DNA of 64,000 nucleotides from Candidatus Palauibacter sp. (GTDB lineage Bacteria; Gemmatimonadota; Gemmatimonadetes; Palauibacterales; Palauibacteraceae): the NCBI RefSeq assembly GCF_965237495.1, contig NZ_OZ250143.1, positions 298,734 through 362,733 on the forward strand, written 5' to 3'. Positions 50,678-60,900 of this stretch are shown one piece after another (position 1 is the first letter of the stretch; every line of letters starts with the position of its first letter). A program made the position numbers and the translations under genes. The notes under the pieces are model-generated. The model was not told where the DNA came from. It was given only the letters and a program-made list of their open reading frames with translations, and did not search any database.

Positions 50678-53278
50678 ATGCAAGACACGGACCAAACCGG
50701 TCGGACGCTCGCCGGAGGCGTCGTCCTTGCCTCTCTCCTCGCCCTGGCGTCCGCCTGTGGGGGGGATAACGGAACCGGACCCGTTCCGGTCCCGCCTCCA
50801 CCGCCTCCGCCGCCTCCGCCGCCTCCGCCAATGGCGGCCGCGGTCGCGGTTATGCCGGCCAGCGCTTCCTTCACCTCGCTCGGAGACACGGTCCACCTGA
50901 CGGCCAGCGTGACGGACCAATACGGGCAGCGCTTCACTGCTACGGTCACGTGGGAGAGCGAGGCCCCCACCGTGGTCACCGTCGATGCGGGAGGCGTAGC
51001 GATGTCGACGGGGAACGGTTCCGGCACGGTCCGCGCCTCGGTCGGGGAGGTGAGCGGCACGGCCGAGGCGACGGTGCGCCAGGAGGCGGCCGAGCTCACG
51101 ATAGAGCCTTCCTCGATCACATTCTCGAGCCTTGGCGACACGGCTGTGGTGGTGGTGGTGTCCGCGACGGACGCGAACGGCCACCCGGTGCCGGACCCCG
51201 CGGTGATCTGGGAGAGCAGCGCGCCTCATATCGTCGCGGTGGATTCGGCCGGCGTCGTCACGGCCGTGGCGCCAGGTAGCGCGCTCATCACCGCCACTTC
51301 CGGTGCAGCCAGCTTCAGCGTGACGGCGACCGTTGAGATCGAGACCGGCATATCGGTAACCGTGCTGGACACGACCCTTGTGCTGCCCGTCGCTGCGGGC
51401 GGTCTGCAGTGGACTCTCGAGACGGAAGAGACGCGCTGGCTGCCCGAACTGCCCGTGGCCACGGTCGAGCGCCGCGACAGCCCGCCGGGTCTCCTGATGC
51501 GGGTTCTCGGACCCGGCTGGGTGCGAGCGCGGGTCGATTTGGCTGGCGGGGGCTCCATCACGACCACAGTTGCGGTGGAGCCTCCCGATCCGTTCGTGCT
51601 GGAACTCAGACAGGACGACTGGCCGCGGGACGACGCCGTGACGGCCAGGGGATACGCGGTGGACCGCATCCCCTTTCCGGCCTTCCACGTATCGGGCGCA
51701 GGCGCGCTTCAGGCCGAAGGAGACAGCGTCGAGATGGTCTTCCGGCTCCCGCCGCTGCACGAAGGGCGGTGCGCCGGCAACCCCCTGTCGGCGGGCACCG
51801 TGGTCGTCCAGGGAATCGACGTGCGAGCCAACCCGGCCGTGAACCGCCTGGCCGGGCCGGTCGCGGCTCTGGAAGTGGGCGAGTCCTACCGTCTCAGCGG
51901 CCGGGAGGCGTGCCTGCGTCTCGTGGCGCCCCCGACCGCCCAGTACGTCCTGGCCGGGATGGAGCGGAGCACGATCGACGACACCCGCCTGCGTCCACTT
52001 GAGTGGCGCTACGGCGGCGGGGGACCCTACGAGATCGAAGTCATCGATCGCACGTCCGAACCCGCGCGCGACCGCGTGGCCGAGCCGGACGTTGAACCGG
52101 ACGAGCCGTTCTTTGCGCTGCCCAGGATGCAATCAGCCGATTTCGCCGCGGCCACCGACCATGGAATCGATGACGCCACCACGCCGTGGAAGGTTGGTGA
52201 TCGGATCGAACGGAGTGCCATCGACGGTCGTTCAGGCACTTTCGAGGTCGTCGGAGTGTATCCGCCAAACCTCGTACTCGCGGTCTTTGAACCGGACAGG
52301 GGAATCATATGGACCCCGAGGAAGGCCCGAGAGATGAATGAGGTAATGGAACGGCTCGCGTCGGACCGGATTCAGAATGTCTATCACACGATTTACGGTC
52401 CGTCGAGTCGTCCCCCGGCCAGCAACACCATCAACAACCAGCTCGTCATCATGTACAGCCGCGGAAACAACAACACCCCGGGGGGCCGCACGTCACACAA
52501 CGTCATGAATGACGACCGGCGCACCACGCTCATTCATATTGCGGACTACAGCTGGAGCCTCCAGGCCTTCTTCCACGAGTTGGTGGCCCACGAGCTGGCT
52601 CATGCCTGGCAATTCGCCAACCTTCCCGGCTTCGTCGGCGTATGGAGCTCGGAAGGAATCGCCCATTTCGTCGCCGACGAGGTGAAGCGGGCGGCCTCGG
52701 GTACGCCGCTGGACGCGAACCTGGCCCCGAACAGATACTGGCTGGGGGTGGACCTCAACGTTCCCGACACCGGGGATTTCCTCTGGGGATACCAGGAGAG
52801 CGCCGACTATCTGAGGTTCCTGGTGAACCAGCTGATCTTCGGCCAGGGCATGGCCTATGAATCCGCCGTTCATGACGTCGTGGCGGGTTTCGCCGAAGGC
52901 TACTGGGGCCACTACTACACGCACTTCGGCAGTTGGCGGCGCACCCGGACAGGCCGCGGTCTCGTGGATCGAATGCGTGCGGAGATTCCAGGCTGGGATC
53001 CGGTGGATTCCCGACTCGACTGGATGGTCTCGTACGCCATTGACGACCGCGTGCAGTTGGCCAACTACGACATCCCCTTCGTGAGGAATGCGTGGGCGGC
53101 CTTCCCACCCCGGAGGACGTTCACGCTCGGGCGGGGACAAACGGGAGGAGGCGCCGCCGCGCTGGGCGGCCAGTTCTATTTCAGGATCGAGCACGCGAAC
53201 CAGCCCGCGGGGAGCCTGCAACTGAGAGTTACGGCCGGAGACGCGGAGATGGAGTGGAAAGTTGTAAGATACCGGTAG
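50678..53278 (+). CDS. Lipoprotein with Ig-like (Big_2) domains and a zincin-like metalloprotease motif
   Basis: Lipobox ASAC, poly-Pro, W.S..P.V..VD.G.V repeats, AHELAH.WQ...W..EG.A. Confidence 0.8.
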   Translation: MQDTDQTGRTLAGGVVLASLLALASACGGDNGTGPVPVPPPPPPPPPPPPPMAAAVAVMPASASFTSLGDTVHLTASVTDQYGQRFTATVTWESEAPTVVTVDAGGVAMSTGNGSGTVRASVGEVSGTAEATVRQEAAELTIEPSSITFSSLGDTAVVVVVSATDANGHPVPDPAVIWESSAPHIVAVDSAGVVTAVAPGSALITATSGAASFSVTATVEIETGISVTVLDTTLVLPVAAGGLQWTLETEETRWLPELPVATVERRDSPPGLLMRVLGPGWVRARVDLAGGGSITTTVAVEPPDPFVLELRQDDWPRDDAVTARGYAVDRIPFPAFHVSGAGALQAEGDSVEMVFRLPPLHEGRCAGNPLSAGTVVVQGIDVRANPAVNRLAGPVAALEVGESYRLSGREACLRLVAPPTAQYVLAGMERSTIDDTRLRPLEWRYGGGGPYEIEVIDRTSEPARDRVAEPDVEPDEPFFALPRMQSADFAAATDHGIDDATTPWKVGDRIERSAIDGRSGTFEVVGVYPPNLVLAVFEPDRGIIWTPRKAREMNEVMERLASDRIQNVYHTIYGPSSRPPASNTINNQLVIMYSRGNNNTPGGRTSHNVMNDDRRTTLIHIADYSWSLQAFFHELVAHELAHAWQFANLPGFVGVWSSEGIAHFVADEVKRAASGTPLDANLAPNRYWLGVDLNVPDTGDFLWGYQESADYLRFLVNQLIFGQGMAYESAVHDVVAGFAEGYWGHYYTHFGSWRRTRTGRGLVDRMRAEIPGWDPVDSRLDWMVSYAIDDRVQLANYDIPFVRNAWAAFPPRRTFTLGRGQTGGGAAALGGQFYFRIEHANQPAGSLQLRVTAGDAEMEWKVVRYR

Positions 53279-53288
53279 CAGGTCGAAG

Positions 53289-53440
53289 GCCGAGGAAGAC
53301 GACGTTCTCCCTGCGCTCGACGAAGCCGAGTTCGTGCAGGGCGTCGATCTGCTCGCGCTTGATCGAGGGCTGGAAGCTGAAGTCGAAGTCGGCCAGCGTC
53401 TTGAGCGCGGGCAGCCGGCTGGCGCGCATGGCGGTGGCGT
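53289..53440 (-). pseudogene. istB: IS21-family IstB helper ATPase fragment
   Basis: MR.SRLP..KTL.DFDFSFQPSI.REQI..L.EL.FVER.ENVVFLG, truncated just before Walker A. Confidence 0.85.
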
Positions 53441-53543
53441 CCGGGGCCACACGGGGGGGGACTCCCCACCGTTTATCAAGAGGCTCGAGTGCGATGGCGA
53501 CGCCTTCCCCGGTCTGCGAACGGGGGCGAACACTGAGGATCGA

Positions 53544-54005
53544 TCAGGCCGCATGCCGAACCCGCGCGTGATTGGCATCGTAGACGGTTTGCGTCCTGAG
53601 CATGGCGCGGGCGACGGCCAGGAGGCGGTCGGCGGCAGGCGTGCGATTTCGCGCCGGGCGTCGCGGAGTTGCCGTTGCGCGAGGCGGAGACGTTCCGAAG
53701 CGCCGCGGATGTGGGCCACGGCGGCCTCGGTCGGTCCTCAAGGCGTCGGCGAGCACCCGGGCGTCGCGGCTGTCGTCCTTCGCCCCGGCCGGGGAGAAGC
53801 GGTCGCGGAAGCGGTCGAGCTGCTTCGGGTTGACCGCGTACACCGGATAGCCGCGGTCCATGAGGCTCTCCACCACCGGGCCGTGCGGAACCTCGATCGC
53901 CACCGGCACCTCCCCGGCGGCGGCGCCCGTCCCCGCCACGATCCACTCGGCCATCTCCGCCAGCCCCGCCCCGCCATGGCGGAACGTCCGTTCGCGCCTC
54001 ATCGC
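53544..54005 (-). pseudogene. IS110 recombinase remnant (part of the DEDD domain joined to the extreme C-terminus)
   Basis: VAIE.PHG.VVE.L...G..VYAVNPKQLDRFRDRF..AGAKDD.RDA.VLADALRTD, then ADRLL.VA.AMLR..T.YD. Confidence 0.85.
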
Positions 54006-54014
54006 CCCGATGCC

Positions 54015-54210
54015 TGCCGGTCCCTGTACTGGCGCTCGATGGCGCAACTCCCCACTGGGCATCCATCACGGCTCCGGACGCGGGTACGAGTCCCCCCCAG
54101 GTGCTCGGCGGCACGGGGGGCGCCTGGTTACTCCGCGCCCGGTTCCGCCCATCTTGTACGCAGACCAACCATAACCGAGTGTGAACTTTGCAGAAAACGA
54201 CTCGGAAAGA
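54015..54210 (-). ncRNA. Putative IS110 bridge RNA (target- and donor-binding loops)
   Basis: Guide segments match the element ends and flanks on opposite strands, each pair separated by a short hairpin (see findings). Confidence 0.7.
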
Positions 54211-54227
54211 GTACAGGAGGCGCTCAC

Positions 54228-54364
54228 CGTCTCGGTCCCCGACCTCCCCCCGGGGCGTCCGTCCCGTCCAGGCGGAGGCTGGCCGGATACTCCACTTCGG
54301 CGACGATATCCTGCGGGTGCCGATCCAGGTCGTGGACGACGCGGGCCGCGTCCTGCGAGTGATC
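54228..54364 (+). pseudogene. 3' remnant of a leishmanolysin-like gene (homologous to ~57588-57720)
   Basis: PDLPPGRP ... GRILHFGDDILRVPI.VVDD.GRV.RVI, with a small frameshifting insertion. Confidence 0.85.
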
Positions 54365-55165
54365 TGCCGATTCCGACGCATGCCGTCCACCGTTACTTGC
54401 GCCGGGCGTCCGGCGAGTGCGGAGCATGGCAGGGGGAGCAGAGTGGGTAAGCGGCGCTGGATGACCTGATGTGAGGTGCCGTTCTTCCATCCTCGCGAGA
54501 GATCCTTGAGCGAGGAGGGAGACGGTGTCCCAGCAGAGGTTGTCCATGCGCAAGATTCGAGATGTTCTCCGGCTGAAGTACGGGCTGGGCCGGAGCCACC
54601 GGGAGATCGCCGGGATACTCGGGATCTCCCACAGCACGGTCGACGGCTACGTGCGGCGGGCGCGGGAGGCGGGGGTCTCCTGCCCGTTGCCGGAGGGGCT
54701 GGACGACGGAAGCCTCGATGCGGCGCTGTATCCGGCCCGTCCCCCCTCGCGCGTGCCGCGCCCGGAGCCGGACTGGGAGCGGGTGCACCGGGAGCTGGCG
54801 CGGCACAAGGGCGTGACGCTTCAGCTTCCGTGGCTGGAGTACCGCGAGGCCCATCCCGACGGCTACCAGTACAGCCGGTTCCGCGACCGGTACCGGCAGT
54901 GGCGCGGGCGGCTGGACGTGGTGCTGCGCCAGGTGTACCGGGCGGGCGAGAAGGCGTTCGTGGACTACGCGGGCCCGACGGTGAAGGTAACGGACCGCGA
55001 GACCGGCGAGATCCACCAGGCCAAGGTGTTCGTCGGGGTGCTGGCGGCGTCGAACTACACGTTCGCCGACCTGACGCCGAGCCGGTCGTTGCCGGACTGG
55101 ACGGCTTCGCACGTGCGGATGTTCGAGTTCTGGGGCGGGGTGCCGGAACTCGTGGTTCCCGACAA
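54365..55165 (+). mobile_element. Truncated IS21-family element (left end + 5' part of istA)
   Basis: Starts TGCCGATTCCG exactly where M8 homology stops; istA at 54525. Confidence 0.8.
54525..55165 (+). pseudogene. istA: IS21-family transposase IstA, truncated
   Basis: RL.MRKIR.VLRL, PDW..VH.EL, W.EY...HPDGY.YS.F, AGEK.FVDYAG, FGG-like WGGVP..VVPD then break. Confidence 0.9.
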
Positions 55166-55168
55166 GTC

Positions 55169-56068
55169 ACGCTGAGTTCGGCTCCGAAGGCGGCCGTGGT
55201 CGTCAGCCTCAGCGCTCCGGCGACCGTGTCGGTCAGTCCCACCTCGGTGACGATCGATGCCAACGCCCTGGTGTCGGCGCCGATCACCGTAACGGCGGGT
55301 CACGACCGGAATGTGACCTCGGAGAAGGCCGTGATCACGGCCACCGCCTCGGGCGACGAGAACTACAGGGGTGCGACGGGCTCGGTCGCGGTCATGACCG
55401 CTGACGATGACTTCTCGTTGACGGCGACACCCTCGTCGGTGACCGAGAATACGCCCTTCGCCGATGCGTCGGCACGGCTCGTGACGATCACGGTGACGGC
55501 GCCCGCGGGTGGAACGGCCAGCACGAGCCCGGTCCAGCTGGGCGCCTCGGGTGCGGGCTACACGTTCCAGGAATACACGGAGGATGAGGCGTACACCGGG
55601 CAAGAGCAGACGCTACCTACGGCTACGCCAGTGGAGACCGATCCGCCCACGCTGGTGTCTTCCGTCAAGGTGTGGCTCGCCGCCGCCGACGACACCGCCG
55701 ACGAAGATCCCCAGTTGATCCAGATCGGCGAGACGCCGGAAACTGAAGAGGCGCGGATCGAGCCTGTCATGATCACGATCATGGACGCCGATCCGGATGT
55801 CACCCTCTCGATCGACGCGGTCGACGAGGGCGCGGACGAGGTCACGATGACGATCACGGCCACGGCCGCCGGCGCGATGCCGGGCATCTTCGAGATTGGC
55901 GCGGATCGTTGGGCGATTCTGGCCGAAGACGGCACCGCGGCCAATCCCGTTCCGGATGGCTACGTTTTCACGGCGTCCGGGACGTTGACGATCGACCGTA
56001 ATCAGACCGAGGGAACGGTGACCGTGACGGTGACCGTGCCCGAGGACGACGACAAGGACGACGGGTAA
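55169..56068 (+). pseudogene. Orphan C-terminal cassette (copy B) of the giant lipoprotein
   Basis: TAGHDRNV, ENTPF, RIEPVM..I.DADPDVTLSI and TIDRNQ shared with copies A and C; no start codon or signal peptide. Confidence 0.85.
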
Positions 56069-56122
56069 CGGAGGAAGCTGATGGTCGGTTGGCCATGAAG
56101 GCCACCGTTTCCCGAGCAGCAC

Positions 56123-56160
56123 AGAAAGGGCCCCGCGAACTCGCGGGGCCCTTTCTTTTT
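56123..56160 (+). terminator. Rho-independent terminator (copy 2)
   Basis: AGAAAGGGCCCCGCGA-AC-TCGCGGGGCCCTTTCT followed by a T tract. Confidence 0.9.
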
Positions 56161-56279
56161 GTGCCTCGCAGTTTCTTCTGACGGAATCCGCTACATTCGG
56201 CAGGTGAGAGGGCCAGCGCCGCCTTCGATGCCGCGAGCGGCGCGGGCTACGGGGGCGCGAAGGTGCCTGCCAGACACGG

Positions 56280-57732
56280 ATGGCGGGAGGGATGGACATT
56301 GGCGCACGCCGATCCTCCTCGGCCGCCCGGATTGTTGCCGGCGGGCTCCCGGCCTTCGCCGGCGCATGGGCGATCGCCTGCTCGGAGGCGCGTACCGGGC
56401 CGGAACCCGGGCCGCCGACGCCGCCCCCGACGCCGAACCGGCCGCCGGCGCCGGTGGGCGCGATTCCCGGCCAGGAGGTCGCGGTCGGGGATGCGCTCCA
56501 GGTCGCGGTCTCGTCGTACTTCACCGACCCCGATGGGGACCCGCTGACGTTCGACGCCCGTTTCTCGAATCCGGGCGTGGCGACGGCCGCGGCCGCGGAA
56601 GACCTGGTGACGCTGGCGGCGCTCGCCCCGGGTGCGGCGACGATCACGCTGACGGCTACCGATCCGGCCGGTCTCGAGACGTTCCAGAGCTTCGAGGCGA
56701 GGGTGCTGAACCACCCGCCCGGCATCACCGCCACGCTGCCGGACCTGCACCTGGAGTCGGGGGAGGAACACATGCCGGTCCTGTCCCGCTTCTTCGCGGA
56801 TCCGGACGGCGACGCCATCAACTTCTCCGCAACCTCCTCCGATGAGACTCGGGTGAGCGTCACGTCGTCGACGGACACGGTCTGGATCAGAGGCGAGTCG
56901 GAGGGCACGGCACGGATCACCGTGAGCGCCACCGACGCCCCGGGCCTCTCCGCGGCGGGTGTCCACCTGGGAGTCGGTCCTCGCGAACACCGAACTGAGC
57001 GACGTGACCTTCAACCGCCCGCTGAGCTGCGGCGGCCTGACCACGACGGAGGCCGTTGCGACCGTGGACGAACTGCTGATCCTGTTCACCGCCGCGAGCA
57101 TGGATGGCCCCCACGGAACCCTGGGCTACGCGGGCCCGTGCATCGTCCGCTCGAGTAACAGCCTGCCGATCGTCGGCCGCGTGGTCCCGGACTCGGAGGA
57201 CATGGACCGGATTCCCGCGACGACGGGACTGCTCGACGTGGTCATCCACGAGATGGCGCACATCCTCGGCTTCGGCATCCCGTGGGACGATTTCGGCCTG
57301 CTCGCGGACCCTGCGTCCGTCACGCCCGGGGCCGACACGCACTTCACCGGCGCGGGTGCCATCGCGGCCTTCAATGCTGCCGGCGGCGCGAGCTACACGG
57401 GCGCCAAGGTACCCGTCCAGAACGAGGAGCCCGGGCCGGAGAGCCACTGGCGCGAATCGATCTTCCGGGGGGAGACGATGAGCCCGGTGGAATACACCGA
57501 CCGCGGCGAGTCCCTGAGCGCGATCACAATCCGGTCGCTGGCCGACCTCGGCTATACGGTCGACACTGTCCTCGCCGACCCGTACGGCGTCTCGCTCCCC
57601 GACCTCCCCCCGGGGCGTCCGGTCCAGGCGGAGGCCGGCCGGATCCTCCACTTCGGCGACGACATCCTGCGGGTGCCGATCCGCGTCGTGGACGACGAGG
57701 GCCGCGTCATCCGAGTGATCCCGCCCCGCTGA
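56280..57732 (+). pseudogene. Ig-repeat + leishmanolysin-like (M8) metalloprotease lipoprotein, frame broken near 56955
   Basis: Lipobox AIAC, two FxDPDGD repeats; second frame has HEMAHILGFG, THFTG, SHWRES.F.GE.M. Confidence 0.75.
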
Positions 57733-57945
57733 CCCCGGTAGGGGACCCCCCCAAAGACCGCGCCGACGCCCCGCCCGAGCGCACTCACGGAACCTCGCCC
57801 AGCCCCCGGTTTACGGGGGATTCTGTCCACCTTGCATCAGGGGATCAGTACCCCTTGTTTGGGGTGGTGTCTCGGTAGTACGTTCTGGCGCGACCGGGAA
57901 AATTGCGTCACGACCCGGAGGACATTCATCCCGAGGAGGAGCTGA

Positions 57946-60900
57946 ATGAAGAAGGTTACGAAAGGCCTGTTGACGACAGGGGTTATCGCCCTGATCATCG
58001 GTGCCTGCGGAGACACCGTCGAGGTGATCACTCCGGAGCCGCCGCCGCCGCCGCCCCCCCCCCCACCCATCGTATTTCCACCGCCGCCGCCACCACCGCC
58101 GCCGCCACCGCCGCCGCCCAACAGGGCGCCAGTGGCCGTCGGCTCGATTCCGGCCATCGCCGTCGATGCGGGTGCAAGCGCTTCGCTCGACGTGGCCGGC
58201 TACTTCAGCGACGCGGATGGCGACGCGCTCACCTTCTCCGCCGGGTCCTCGAACGACGCCGCGGCGACCGTCAGCATGGACGGTTCGTCGGCGACGATCA
58301 CCGGCGTGGCCGACGGGACCGCGGCCGTGACTTTCACGGCACGCGACCCGGACGGCGCGGCCGCCGCGCAGAACGTCAGCGTGACGGTCGGTGACGGCGT
58401 GGCCGGGAACCGGCCGCCCACCGCGGTGAATACGATTCCCGCGTACAGCGTCGATGTCGGCGGGGCGGTCCAGGTCAACCTGGCACCCTACTTCAGCGAT
58501 GCCGACGGCGACGATCTCACCTACGCCGCCGCCTCGTCGAACGAAGATGCGGCGACCACTTCGGTGGACGGCGCCGTCACGACGATCAGCGGCGTTGCCG
58601 ATGGGATGGCCGTCGTGACGGTCACGGCCAGCGATCCGGACGGTGCGAGCGCCTCGCAGACCATCAGCGTCACGGTCGGCGACGGCGACAGCTCGAACAC
58701 CCCGCCGGTCGCCCAGGGCACGATTCCCGACCACACCGTGGCCGCCGGCGGGACGCTCAACGTCGACGTGACGGGGTACTTCAGCGACGCGGACGGCGAC
58801 GAACTCACCTACATGGCTTCGAGTTCGAACGCCGACGTGGCCACGGCCACCAACGACGGGGCCACGGTCACGATCAGCGGCGTCGGCGGTGGCCGGGCCG
58901 TGATCACCGTGACGGCGAGCGACGGCGAGGCCACGGTTGCACAGGGCTTCAGCGTGACCGTCGAAGCGGCGCCGGTGAACTCCGCGCCCAGCGCCGTCGG
59001 GACCATTCCGAGCCACTCCGTTGGTGTGGGCGGAACGGTCACCGTTGACGCGGCGGGCTACTTCAGCGATGCCGACGGCGACGAACTCAGCTACACGGTC
59101 GCGAGTTCGAACGCCGACGTGGCCACGGCCTCCGCCGATGGGTCCACGGTGACGATCAGCGGCGTGGCCGCCGGCAGTGCCGTGATCACCGTGACGGCGA
59201 GCGACGGCGAGGCCTCGGCGGTGCAGGGCTTCGGCGTGGCCGTCGAAGCGGCGCCCACGAACAGCGCGCCCACGGCCGTGGGCACGATTCCCGCCCACAG
59301 CATCAACCTCGGCGGCACGGCCACGGTCGACGTGGCGGGCTACTTCAGCGACGCCGATGGGGATGAACTCAGCTACAGCGGCTCGAGTTCCAGCCCCGAG
59401 GTCGCGACCATCTCGATGGAAGGTTCGACCGCGACGATCACCGCCGTTGCCGTCGGCGGCGCCGTCGTGACGGTCACGGCGAGCGATGGGTCCGCGTCGG
59501 CTTCGCAGGGCTTCAACGTCTCCGTCTCCGATCCCTCCGGGAAGGCGGCGACGGTCGCGATCTTCGGTCTGCGGAGCGTCACCGACCGGAGCACGGCGGT
59601 GGATCCGACGAACGTGTCCGGCGACGTCACCGTGCTGCTCGACGTGCAGCCGAACGACGACACGATCGCCGGCATCGCGCTGACGCTGGGCGAAGAGGTG
59701 ATCCACTGCCGCGGCACCTCCAGCGACCAGGGCGGGTTTATCGCGGCAGCCAGCGGCCAGCTCGAGGTCGAGTGCCTGTTCAAGACGGCCTCCGTGATGG
59801 GCGAGTGCGCCGGTGCGCAGCTGGCGCCGTTGTACGCCAACGGCGATCACACTCTGGGCGCGCGTGTCACGACCGCTGATGGCGAGACGCGCGAGGCGAT
59901 CGTCACGCAGCCGATCACGCTCAAGAACTCCGGGTTCGTGATGGTCGAACACAGCGCCGGCAGCAAGTCCGCGGTCGTGTCCGGCGTCACCTACCACGGC
60001 GGTCCGGTCGACGAGGACGACGACAGCAACCAGAACACGTTCCACGCCTGCCCGGTGTCGTACGACGGCACGACGGTCGGCGAGCTCTCGCTGACGACGA
60101 TGCTCACCGGCCCGGACGCGGCCGCCATCGACTCGACGGTCGCGGACTCGACGCGGGGGGCGACCCTGGTCATCACCAAGGAGAAGGGCGCGTTCACCTG
60201 GAACGTCGCCCCGGCCAAGAACACGGGCGTGGAGGACAGGGCCGGCAAGGACGAGCACTGGGTCATCAACAGCGGCGACATCAAGGACGATGGCGATCTG
60301 CTGGTGACGTCGAAGTTCAGGGGCGAGGAAGAGGCGAGGGTCGGCCCGCTCTACTTCGACTTCAAGACGCCCACGTGGACACATGATCCGGACGAGGACA
60401 CGCCGCGGGAGATCCTGGTCAAGACGAGTGCCACGAGGCCTGCGGCGTCCGTAGGGGCCACCTACTACAACAGCGGCGCCTTGAGCGTACGCGGCCTGAC
60501 GGACGGCGGCGTCGGCAAGGCAGGGGCGACCATCGCGGTGGGCGACTGCGGCCTCGAGGCCAACAGCGACAGCCTCAAGAGCACGGCCTTCATGCCGGCG
60601 GCGGGGCTGGAGGCGGTCAGCAACATGGCCGAGCTGCCCGAGGAGGACCGCACCAAGGACTTCGCCGATGACAAGGGCCTGAACTGCTATACGGCCGAGG
60701 TGACCGGGATCGCCGACGGACTCGGGAACGAAGCCACGCTTCCGGGCACACCCATCGGCACGGCGGCCTACTTCGGCGTCGACAAGGGCGCGCCGGTCGT
60801 GACCGACGTGGAGCCCGACGCGCCAGCGGTCCTCAAGCGTACCTCAATACTGTCGTTCGAGACCGAAGATCCCGATCTGGCGACGGGCGAATCCGGTTCG

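Larger units (their letters stand above)
53459..54218 (-). mobile_element. Internally deleted (non-autonomous) IS110-family element with both ends
   Basis: Transposase remnants; TCC core at both ends (plus-strand GGA at 53459-53461 and 54216-54218); right end CTTGATAAACGGTGGGGAG; structured 5' non-coding end. Confidence 0.8.

Noticed and set aside
54476-56068. 530-aa ORF as a real fusion protein
   Set aside because: The first half is an off-frame reading of istA; only 55169-56068 is homologous to the giant lipoprotein
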